From positions 2,601,595 to 2,665,594 of the forward strand of contig OZ245880.1 of the NCBI GenBank assembly GCA_965229495.1: DNA of 64,000 nucleotides, in the 5' to 3' direction. The notes below the pieces were generated by a model, which was given only the letters and a program-made list of their open reading frames with translations, made no database searches and was not told where the DNA came from. Position numbers and translations under genes: made by a program. The DNA is from Gammaproteobacteria bacterium (GTDB lineage Bacteria; Pseudomonadota; Gammaproteobacteria; CBDBNL01; G965229495). Below are positions 18,491 to 26,946 of the stretch, piece by piece; within the stretch, counting starts at the first letter, position 1; each line of letters begins with the position of its first letter.

Positions 18491-21301
18491 ATGAACGCAT
18501 TACAGCAACAAGCAAACCCGCTACCGCAAATAATCGACTTGACCGACTACGGCACTCCGGCGGTAGAGTCTGAGCAGCAGGTGCAATTACAGGTAGACGG
18601 GCGCGCGGTTAGTGTGCCCGCAGGTACTTCGATCATGCGCGCTGCGGTCGAAGCTGGGGTGCACATCCCCAAGCTTTGCGCCACCGATTCGCTCGCGGCT
18701 TTTGGTTCGTGCCGTTTGTGTATGGTCGAGATTGAGGGCGTCAAAGGCGCCAAGGCTTCGTGCCACACTCCAGTTAGTGCAGGTATGGAGGTGCGTACGC
18801 AAAGCCCGCAACTGGCGCGCTGGCGCAAGCAAATCATGGAGCTTTATATCTCCGATCACCCGCTCGATTGCCTGACTTGCGCTGCCAACGGCGATTGCGA
18901 ATTGCAGGATATGGCTGGAGTTGTCGGCCTGCGCTCGGTGCGTTTTCCGCAGGGCAAGACTCACCTGGAAGCTACCAAAGACGAATCCAACCCCTATTTC
19001 ACCTTCGACCCAGCGAAGTGCATCGTCTGCTCGCGTTGCGTGCGCGCCTGCGAGGAGGTGCAGGGTACCTTCGCGCTAACCATCGACGGCCGTGGTTTTG
19101 CTTCGCACGTCTCTGCCGGTGGCGTCGACTTTATGGATTCCGAATGCGTTTCCTGCGGTGCTTGCGTACAAGCCTGCCCGACGGCGACGCTGATGGAAAA
19201 TAGCGTTATCGAGCACGGACTCGGCGAGCACAAAGTCTTGACCACTTGCGCCTACTGCGGAGTTGGCTGTAACTTTGTCGCCGAAGTCCAGGGCGAGCAA
19301 GTCGTAAGGATGACACCGTACAAACACGGCAAAGCCAATTCCGGGCACTCTTGCGTCAAGGGTCGCTTCGCCTGGCAATACGCGCGCCACGATGAACGCC
19401 TGCGTCAGCCGCTGATCCGCGATAGCATTGATGACGAATGGCGCGAGGTTAGCTGGGAGCAAGCCGTGGACTTCGCCGCCCAGCGCATCTCCAGTATCCA
19501 AAAAGAATACGGGCGCAACAGCGTCGGCGCCATCACCTCGTCGCGCTGCACTAACGAGGAAACTTACCTGGTGCAGAAAATGGTGCGCGCCGCCTTCGGC
19601 AATAACAACGTCGACACCTGCGCGCGCGTTTGCCATTCGCCCACCGGCTACGGCTTGAAAAAAACCTTCGGCACCTCGGCGGGCACCCAGCACTTCGCCT
19701 CTGCCGAGCACGCCGACCTGTTCCTGATTATCGGCGCCAACCCCACAGACGCGCACCCGGTGTTCGCCTCGCGCATGAAGAAGCGCCTGCGCGCTGGCGC
19801 TCAGTTGATAATCGTCGACCCACGCAGCATCGACCTGGTGCGCTCCACTCACGTCGAAGCCGACCACCACTTGGCGCTGCAACCAGGCACCAACGTCGCC
19901 ATGGTCAACGCGCTCGCTCATACCATCGTCGACGAAGGCTTGGAAGATAAGCAATTCATCGCCGAGCGCTGCGACCCCGAATGCTACACAGCCTGGCGCG
20001 AGTTTATCTTGCAAGAGAAGAACTCGCCCGAAGCCGTGGCGCGCGCTTGTGGCGTCGCTGCCGAGCAAATCCGCGCTGCTGCCCGCGCTTACGCTGCCGC
20101 GCCCAATGCGGCTATCTATTACGGTCTCGGCGTCACCGAGCACTCGCAAGGTTCGTCGATGGTCATGGGCATTGCCAACCTCGCCATGCTTACCGGCAAC
20201 ATCGGCCGCGAAGGCGTTGGCGTCAATCCATTGCGCGGGCAAAACAACGTCCAAGGCGCTTGCGACATGGGTTCCTTCCCGCACGAATTTCCGGGTTATC
20301 GTCACGTGTCGGACGCCGCCGCGCGCAAAGTCTTCGAGCAGGAATGGGGCGTCGAGCTGGTCTCCGAACCCGGCCTGCGCATCCCCAATATGCTCGACGC
20401 CGCCATCTCTGGTCGCTTCAAAGGCATCTTCATCCAAGGCGAAGACCTGGCGCAATCCGACCCCAACACCGCGCACGTGGTCGAAGCCCTGAGCGCTATG
20501 GATTGCGTCATCGTCCAGGACATTTTCTACAACGAAAGCTGTAAATACGCCCACGTGGTCTTCCCCGGCGCCAGCTTTCTGGAAAAAGACGGCACCTTCA
20601 CCAACGCCGAGCGCCGCATCAACCGCGTGCGCCAGGCCATGCAGCCGCTCGCGGGCAAAGCCGAATGGCAGACCATCTGCGAGCTCAGCGCCGCGCTGGG
20701 CTACACCATGAGCTACGACCATCCTGAGCAAATCATGGCCGAGATCGCCCGCACTACTCCTAGCTTCGCCGGCGTCAGCTACGAGCGCCTTGATGAGCTG
20801 GGCTCGGTGCAATGGCCGTGCAACGAGCACAAACCTGAAGGCTCGCCGGTTATGCATGTTGGCGAATTTGTCATCGGCATGGGCAAATTCATGCTCACCG
20901 AATATGTCCCCACCTCCGAACGCAGCACCCGCCGCTATCCGCTCATCCTCACCACCGGCCGCATCTTGAGCCAATACAACGTCGGCACCCAAACCCGCCG
21001 CACCGAGAATAAACGCTGGATGAGCGAAGACATCCTCGAAATCCACCCCGCAGACGCCGAAACCCGCGGCATCGTCGATGGCCAATTAGTCGAGATCAAC
21101 AGCCGCAGCGGCGCCACCCAACTGCACGCCCAACTCAGCGACCGCATCCAACCCGGAGTCGTCTACACCACCTTCCACTTCCCGCAAATGCAAACCAACA
21201 TCATCACCACCGACAACTCCGACTGGGCCACCAACTGCCCCGAATACAAAGTAACCGCAGTCGAAGTCCGCGCCGTGAGCGTGGTTAGTAGGGTGGGGTA
21301 G
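18491..21301 (+). CDS. Formate dehydrogenase alpha subunit, NAD-linked FdsA type (Cys ligand)
   Basis: 2Fe-2S and 4Fe-4S clusters (CRLC, HPLDCLTC, CIVCSRC, CAYCGVGC), CARVCHSPT, PLRGQNNVQG, PEYKVTAV. Confidence 0.93.
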   Translation: MNALQQQANPLPQIIDLTDYGTPAVESEQQVQLQVDGRAVSVPAGTSIMRAAVEAGVHIPKLCATDSLAAFGSCRLCMVEIEGVKGAKASCHTPVSAGMEVRTQSPQLARWRKQIMELYISDHPLDCLTCAANGDCELQDMAGVVGLRSVRFPQGKTHLEATKDESNPYFTFDPAKCIVCSRCVRACEEVQGTFALTIDGRGFASHVSAGGVDFMDSECVSCGACVQACPTATLMENSVIEHGLGEHKVLTTCAYCGVGCNFVAEVQGEQVVRMTPYKHGKANSGHSCVKGRFAWQYARHDERLRQPLIRDSIDDEWREVSWEQAVDFAAQRISSIQKEYGRNSVGAITSSRCTNEETYLVQKMVRAAFGNNNVDTCARVCHSPTGYGLKKTFGTSAGTQHFASAEHADLFLIIGANPTDAHPVFASRMKKRLRAGAQLIIVDPRSIDLVRSTHVEADHHLALQPGTNVAMVNALAHTIVDEGLEDKQFIAERCDPECYTAWREFILQEKNSPEAVARACGVAAEQIRAAARAYAAAPNAAIYYGLGVTEHSQGSSMVMGIANLAMLTGNIGREGVGVNPLRGQNNVQGACDMGSFPHEFPGYRHVSDAAARKVFEQEWGVELVSEPGLRIPNMLDAAISGRFKGIFIQGEDLAQSDPNTAHVVEALSAMDCVIVQDIFYNESCKYAHVVFPGASFLEKDGTFTNAERRINRVRQAMQPLAGKAEWQTICELSAALGYTMSYDHPEQIMAEIARTTPSFAGVSYERLDELGSVQWPCNEHKPEGSPVMHVGEFVIGMGKFMLTEYVPTSERSTRRYPLILTTGRILSQYNVGTQTRRTENKRWMSEDILEIHPADAETRGIVDGQLVEINSRSGATQLHAQLSDRIQPGVVYTTFHFPQMQTNIITTDNSDWATNCPEYKVTAVEVRAVSVVSRVG

Positions 21302-21303
21302 TC

Positions 21304-21328
21304 CTAGGTACGCAGGCGTCCAGCCTGC
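21304..21328 (+). repeat. REP-like hairpin with the same architecture as the aceF repeats
   Basis: CTAGGTAC + GCAGGC-GTCCA-GCCTGC (8-nt leader plus 17-nt hairpin). Confidence 0.5.
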
Positions 21329-21416
21329 CGTGTAGAAGTCGCCGGAGGCTATCGTTGCAGCAACCTATTCACATAACACCACAGTATAGAACTACCAAAG
21401 TTTACTCAACTACTAG

Positions 21417-22199
21417 ATGAATAAGTGGACGCAACTAAGCATCGAATACGCCAACCAACGCTCGTATCTGGATGACCTGTTCTCTGTCTATCCAACTATC
21501 CCTGAGGGCATTAGGGATATAAATGAGCAAACTTGGCAAGAGATAGAAGCTAATTTCACTAGCCGAAATAATGTCGATTTGTTGAAGTCTTTACTGAAGT
21601 TACCACTATTCCCTATCAAAGACTCTTATGTTGCCTACCTAAAAAAAGACCCAGCGAGTATCGATAGAAACCCTAAGACTGTCGACCGAATATGCGGCAG
21701 GATATACCAGTTAGGCTTGGATCAACTTTTTCAACGCTGCAGTGAGCCTAAAGAAACCAATAGGCAAATTGGCCCAATGTTTCGCACATGGCTACGCAAG
21801 AAACATCTAGGCATAGCACCGGTAGATTTATCGAGTTTTTTAGCAAATGACAATAATGCCATCCTAGACGGCAGCGATAGCGTGCTCAAGCAATTTGCCC
21901 AAGAACATCTTAACTACCATAGGGATAAAGGAGTTGACTTAATCGCTAGGTTTAACGGTAAGTATGTATTGGGGGAAGCCAAGCTGCTCACAGATATGGG
22001 AGGGCATCAAAATAGTCAGTTCCATGACGCTATCACAACTTTAGAAGAGAAAAATGTCAATGCCGTATTAATAGCAATACTAGATGGAGTGTTGTACGTC
22101 AAGGGGCGCAGCAAAATGTTTCGTTTTATCTCGAACCAATACTCTGATAAAAGAATCATGAGTAGTCTAGTATTACGCGAGTTCTTGTATCAGCTATGA
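21417..22199 (+). CDS. Type II restriction endonuclease, Tsp45I-like
   Basis: MNKWTQLSIEYANQRSYLDDLF, FPIKDSY, PKETNRQIGPMF, D...GEAK, GGHQNSQF; ATGA overlap with a methyltransferase. Confidence 0.8.
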   Translation: MNKWTQLSIEYANQRSYLDDLFSVYPTIPEGIRDINEQTWQEIEANFTSRNNVDLLKSLLKLPLFPIKDSYVAYLKKDPASIDRNPKTVDRICGRIYQLGLDQLFQRCSEPKETNRQIGPMFRTWLRKKHLGIAPVDLSSFLANDNNAILDGSDSVLKQFAQEHLNYHRDKGVDLIARFNGKYVLGEAKLLTDMGGHQNSQFHDAITTLEEKNVNAVLIAILDGVLYVKGRSKMFRFISNQYSDKRIMSSLVLREFLYQL

Positions 22200-23299
22200 A
22201 TACCAGCAGCAATAATTTGCTCATTCGTTCGCAGAATGTTCCAGCATTAGAATGGTTATTGGCCGGCCTAAATTTAGCAGCAAAAATTGACCTGGTGTAC
22301 ATAGATCCACCATTTGCAACTAACAACGATTTCGTTATTAACTCTGATAGAGTGGCGACTATCAGCAGCGGCAAGACAGGTAAAGTAGCTTATTCTGATA
22401 AAATAGTTGGTCAAGAATTTATCGATTTTCTTCGAGCTCGAATGATCTTGATCAAAGAGCTATTATCTGATCAGGGGTCGATATATGTCCATACTGACTA
22501 CAAAATTGGCCATTACGTCAAGGTAATGATGGATGAAGTTTTTGGCGCTCATAATTTTCGCAACGACATTACCAGAATAAAGTGCAATCCTAAAAATTTT
22601 AGCAGGATAGGCTATGGCAATGTTAAAGATATGGTTCTGTTCTATAGCAAGGGCGCTAAACCAATCTGGAACGAGCAATACGTAGCTTACTCTCCAGAGG
22701 AGCTAGTGAAGCTCTTCCCAAAGATTGATAGTAGCAGGCGGCGCTACACGACAACTCCCATCCACGCCCCTGGAGAAACCATTAACGGCGACTCTGCCAA
22801 GAAATTTCGCGATCTAGACCCGCCTCCTGGCCGACATTGGCGAGTGAGCGTGGAGAAATTAGAGCAATGGGACGAGCAGGGCTTGATTGAGTGGTCTGCT
22901 AATGGCAATCCTCGAAAGAAAATCTACGCTGACGAAAGCCCAGGCAAAAAGCTACAAGACATATGGAGCTTTAAGGACCCGCAATACCCGGTCTACCCAA
23001 CAGAAAAAAACTTGAAATTAATAGAGCTAATAATCCGAGCGTCATCTAAGCCTGGTAGCACAGTGCTAGATTGTTTCTGCGGCTCAGGAACCAGCTTAGT
23101 CGCCGCCCATCAGCAACAGCGCAACTGGATCGGCATCGACGCCTCAGCAAGCGCCATAGCGGCAGCGAAAAAAAAACTCCAAGCAGCACAAATGCCCCTC
23201 ATGGCGCACCAACCAATGTATAAATTCATCCAGCTTGATGGTGAGTCTCCACGTCCTAAAACTCCCGCTGCTAAAGTACAGCGTTTGCAAGAGGCGTAG
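22196..23299 (+). CDS. Site-specific DNA methyltransferase (N6-A/N4-C, beta class)
   Basis: YIDPPF catalytic motif before YPTEK and VLDCFCGSGTS SAM-binding motif. Confidence 0.93.
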   Translation: MNTSSNNLLIRSQNVPALEWLLAGLNLAAKIDLVYIDPPFATNNDFVINSDRVATISSGKTGKVAYSDKIVGQEFIDFLRARMILIKELLSDQGSIYVHTDYKIGHYVKVMMDEVFGAHNFRNDITRIKCNPKNFSRIGYGNVKDMVLFYSKGAKPIWNEQYVAYSPEELVKLFPKIDSSRRRYTTTPIHAPGETINGDSAKKFRDLDPPPGRHWRVSVEKLEQWDEQGLIEWSANGNPRKKIYADESPGKKLQDIWSFKDPQYPVYPTEKNLKLIELIIRASSKPGSTVLDCFCGSGTSLVAAHQQQRNWIGIDASASAIAAAKKKLQAAQMPLMAHQPMYKFIQLDGESPRPKTPAAKVQRLQEA

Positions 23300-23399
23300 A
23301 AACCAAAGAGCTATCGCCTTGCGCACCATTGCGAAGGGATTTGCAGAATAATGCTTGGAGTAAAGGCGGCAAGTCTCAGCATGTGCAATTGGCTTTGTC

Positions 23400-23756
23400 A
23401 AAGAATTTACCACCAAGGTCTTCGGAAACAACCCCACCGATAAGACGCACGAGTTCGATAAGCTCTGCCAGAGCTTGGGCATTGAGCACCGATTGACCAG
23501 GGTTTGAAGACCTCAAACGAATGGCATGGTCGAGAGGTTCAACGGACGTATCGCTGATATCCTGAAGACGCATCACTGCCAATCAGGCAAGGAGCTCGAA
23601 CACACCCTGCTACGATACGTCGACCTGTATAATAATCACCTGCCTCAGGCTAACCTAAACTGCAGAACCCCATGTCAAGTCATGTACGAGTGCTACGAGA
23701 AAAAGCCTCAACTCTTTGATAAAGCCGTTCATAATCGTACAGAAGGCGACACCTAA
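23400..23756 (+). pseudogene. IS481-family transposase remnant (5'-truncated, internal stop)
   Basis: KEFT...HEFDKLCQSLGIEHRLTRV*RPQTNGMVERFNGRI...YN...TP; TGA at 23505-23507; ends GACACCTAA like IS481 right ends. Confidence 0.82.
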
Positions 23757-23759
23757 CCT

Positions 23760-25013
23760 ATGACCACCACCAACCTAACCACCGCCGACGGCGTCGAGCT
23801 TAAGACTAGCTTACGCCGTGCTCTGCGGCGCGACAAGCTCCGCGCGCTGTTGCTGGTGGCGCCGCTGTTCTTGTTCGTCCTCGTGAGCTTCATCGTCCCC
23901 ATCGGCGATATGCTCTTGCGCAGCGTCCAGAACGACATCGTCTCCGACCAACTTAGCCAGACCGCGCCGCTACTACACGACTGGCAATCCGAGAGCGGCG
24001 AGCTGCCGAATGAGGCGGTATTCGCCGCCATGGCCGCCGACTTCCGCACCGGCGCCGAGCAGAAAACCATTACCCGCCTCGGGCAAAGGCTCAATTACGA
24101 GAAGTCAGGGATGTCGAGCCTATTCCGCAAAACCGCGCGCCGCATCAAGCGCGTCGAGCAAGGTCCCTGGCAAGATCAGTTCATAAAGATTGACAAAAAA
24201 TGGGGGCAAATCGAGACCTGGCAGCTAATCCAAACCTTTCTACCGCGCTACACCCCGGGCTACTACCTGACCGCGCTCGATATGAAAATGCAGCCCGACG
24301 GCAGCATCGCCGCGCAAGAGGAAAACCGCCGCATCTACTTGTCCTTATTTTGGCGCACCATCCTGCTCAGTTGCGCGGTCACCCTGCTAACTCTATTACT
24401 CGGCTTTCCCATCGCCTACTTACTCGCGACTCTACCCCTGAAAATCAGTAACTTATTGATGATCATGGTGCTATTGCCATTTTGGACCTCGCTACTCGTG
24501 CGCACCACCGCCTGGATCGCGCTCCTGCAAAAAGAAGGCGTCATCAACGACTTCCTCGTGCTCGTCGGCGTCATCGGCGAAGACGGCCGCTTGGGCATGA
24601 TCCACAACGCCACCGGCACGCTCATCGCCATGACCCACATCCTCCTGCCCTTCATGATCCTGCCGCTGTATAGCGTCATGAAAACCATCCCCCCAAGCTA
24701 CATGCGCGCCGCCAAATCGCTCGGCGCCAGCCCGCCGCTAGCCTTCGCGCGCGTCTACTTGCCCAACACCATCCCCGGCATCGGCGCTGGTGGCATCCTG
24801 GTATTCATTCTGGCGATTGGCTACTACATCACCCCCGAGCTCGTCGGCGGCACCAGCGGCACCTTCATCAGCAACCGCATCGCCTACCACATCTCCTCCT
24901 CGCTCAATTGGGGCCTAGCGGCCGCCCTCGGCGTTTTGCTACTGGCGCTGATCATGGCGCTCTACGCGCTCTACGACAAAATCGTCGGTATTAACAACAT
25001 CAAATTAGGCTGA
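23760..25013 (+). CDS. Polyamine/opine ABC transporter permease (PotB-like)
   Basis: LLPFWTSLLVRT, HILLPFMILPLY, EAA-loop-like RAAKSLGA, GYYITPELVGG. Confidence 0.9.
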   Translation: MTTTNLTTADGVELKTSLRRALRRDKLRALLLVAPLFLFVLVSFIVPIGDMLLRSVQNDIVSDQLSQTAPLLHDWQSESGELPNEAVFAAMAADFRTGAEQKTITRLGQRLNYEKSGMSSLFRKTARRIKRVEQGPWQDQFIKIDKKWGQIETWQLIQTFLPRYTPGYYLTALDMKMQPDGSIAAQEENRRIYLSLFWRTILLSCAVTLLTLLLGFPIAYLLATLPLKISNLLMIMVLLPFWTSLLVRTTAWIALLQKEGVINDFLVLVGVIGEDGRLGMIHNATGTLIAMTHILLPFMILPLYSVMKTIPPSYMRAAKSLGASPPLAFARVYLPNTIPGIGAGGILVFILAIGYYITPELVGGTSGTFISNRIAYHISSSLNWGLAAALGVLLLALIMALYALYDKIVGINNIKLG

Positions 25014-25867
25014 TGAACACCTTACCCCCCTACGCCTCGCTCCCTGAGAAAATCTGGCACTATTGCTTTTACTTAATCTGCGGCTGCATCTTCTTCTTCC
25101 TGATATTCCCGGTGCTGGTGATCGTGCCGCTGTCTTTCAACGCCGTACCTTACTTCACCTTCACCGAAGCCATGCTCAGCTTCGACCCCGCCGGCTACTC
25201 CACCAAGTGGTACCAGGACTTCTTCACCAACATCAACTGGCGCCAAGCCGTCAGCAACAGCCTGATAATCTCTTTCTTCGCCACCATCATCGCCACCGTG
25301 CTCGGCACCGTCGCCGCCCTCGGCTTGAGCCGCGCGCACATGCCCTACCGTACGGTGATCATGGCGATCCTGCTCTCGCCCATGATTGTGCCCTTGATCA
25401 TCACGGCGGCTGGCATGTTTTTCTTTTATTCGCGCATAAACCTCCAAGGCACCTACCTCGGCGTCATCCTAGCCCACGCCACCCTCGGCACGCCCTTCGT
25501 CGTCATAACAGTAACTGCCACCCTCAGCGGCTTCGACCAAAGCCTCATCCGCGCCGCCGCCAGCCTCGGCTCCAAACCCGCGAACACCTTCTTCAAAGTC
25601 ATCATGCCGCTGATCACCCCGGGGGTCATCTCCGGCGCGCTCTTCGCCTTTGTAACCTCCTTTGATGAAGTCGTGGTCGTGCTCTTCGTCGGCACCTTCC
25701 AGCAGCACACCATCCCCTGGCAAATGTTCTCCGGCATCCGCGAGCACATCAGCCCGACCATCCTCGCCGTCGCCACCTTACTGGTGCTATTCTCCATCGC
25801 CTTGCTCACCACCATGGAACTCCTCCGCCGCCGCAGCGAACGCTTACGCGGCGTGAGCCCATCTTAA
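25013..25867 (+). CDS. Polyamine/opine ABC transporter permease (PotC-like)
   Basis: PLSFN, SPMIVP, RAAASLG, FVTSFDEVVV. Confidence 0.9.
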   Translation: MNTLPPYASLPEKIWHYCFYLICGCIFFFLIFPVLVIVPLSFNAVPYFTFTEAMLSFDPAGYSTKWYQDFFTNINWRQAVSNSLIISFFATIIATVLGTVAALGLSRAHMPYRTVIMAILLSPMIVPLIITAAGMFFFYSRINLQGTYLGVILAHATLGTPFVVITVTATLSGFDQSLIRAAASLGSKPANTFFKVIMPLITPGVISGALFAFVTSFDEVVVVLFVGTFQQHTIPWQMFSGIREHISPTILAVATLLVLFSIALLTTMELLRRRSERLRGVSPS

Positions 25868-25873
25868 CTTACC

Positions 25874-26941
25874 ATGCGCCCCGTACTCCTCAGCCTCTTA
25901 CTCAGCCTCAGCAGTCTCACCGCCGCGCAGACCCAAGTAACAGCTATCGAGCTCGCCTCTGGCATTCCCAGCCCTTGGGGCTTGGCGATAACCCCGAGCG
26001 GCGAGATGTTCATCAGCAGCCGCGACGGCGACGTTTACTGGCGCGACCGCAGCGGCGAGTTACGCCTGATAGACGAAGTCGACGTCAGCACGGGCGGGCA
26101 GGGCGGTTTACTCGATCTCGCCCTGCATCCGGATTTCACCAGCAACGGCTACGTCTACGCCAGCGCCAGCTATAGGCGCGGCGGCTTACGTGGCACCGCA
26201 TTGTTACGCGCGCGCTTCGCCGACGGTCAATTCTCCGAGTGGCAAACTCTGCTCCAAGCCGACAACCTGGCGCGCGGCGGCCGTCACTTTGGCTCGCGCC
26301 TGGTCTTCGACAATGCCGGGCATCTATTCATGAGCCTCGGCGACCGTGGCGACCGCGACCGCGCGCAAGACTTGAGCGACCACGTCGGCACCATGCTGCG
26401 CCTGGATAGCAACGGTCGCCCCATCGCCAGCAATCCTTTCCCCGCCAACCCAGCGGTCTACAGCTACGGGCATCGGAACATCCAGGGCATGGCGCTGCAC
26501 CCCACAAGCGGCAAGGTCTGGACGCACGAGCACGGCCCCCGTGGCGGCGACGAAGTCAATCTCTTAATCGCAGGCGCCAACTACGGCTGGCCCTTGGTAA
26601 CTTACGGCGTCGCCTACTCCGGCTTCAAGATCGGCGAGGGCACGCACAAGGAGGGCACCGAGCAGCCGCTCTGGTATTGGGTGCCGTCGATAGCGCCCAG
26701 CGGCATGGCTTTCTACACGGGCGACGTCTTCCCCGACTGGCAAGGCGACCTGCTCGTCGGCGCTCTAGCTGGTCAAGCGCTAGTGCACCTCGAAGTCTTA
26801 GGCGACGAGATAGTTAGCGAGCAGCGGATGTTAGAGGGCGCCATCGGCCGCGTGCGCACCGTGCAAGTGCACCAAGGCGAGGTCTATCTGCTCACCGACT
26901 CCGGCAACGGCAAGCTGTACCAGTTACAGTCCAAGCTCTAA
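25874..26941 (+). CDS. PQQ-dependent sugar dehydrogenase (YliI/sGDH family)
   Basis: GQGGLLDLALHPDF, HFGSRL, SYGHRNIQG, EHGPRGGDEVN, NYGWP, PSIAPSG. Confidence 0.92.
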   Translation: MRPVLLSLLLSLSSLTAAQTQVTAIELASGIPSPWGLAITPSGEMFISSRDGDVYWRDRSGELRLIDEVDVSTGGQGGLLDLALHPDFTSNGYVYASASYRRGGLRGTALLRARFADGQFSEWQTLLQADNLARGGRHFGSRLVFDNAGHLFMSLGDRGDRDRAQDLSDHVGTMLRLDSNGRPIASNPFPANPAVYSYGHRNIQGMALHPTSGKVWTHEHGPRGGDEVNLLIAGANYGWPLVTYGVAYSGFKIGEGTHKEGTEQPLWYWVPSIAPSGMAFYTGDVFPDWQGDLLVGALAGQALVHLEVLGDEIVSEQRMLEGAIGRVRTVQVHQGEVYLLTDSGNGKLYQLQSKL

Positions 26942-26946
26942 GAGCT

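Noticed and set aside
19076-21085. 669-aa antisense ORF within the formate dehydrogenase gene, and similar shadow ORFs in aceE, aceF, acnA and amiB
   Set aside because: Expected from GC-rich codon bias on the opposite strand; no recognisable motifs
18491-21301. Selenocysteine recoding in formate dehydrogenase
   Set aside because: Active-site codon is Cys (CARVCH); no in-frame TGA
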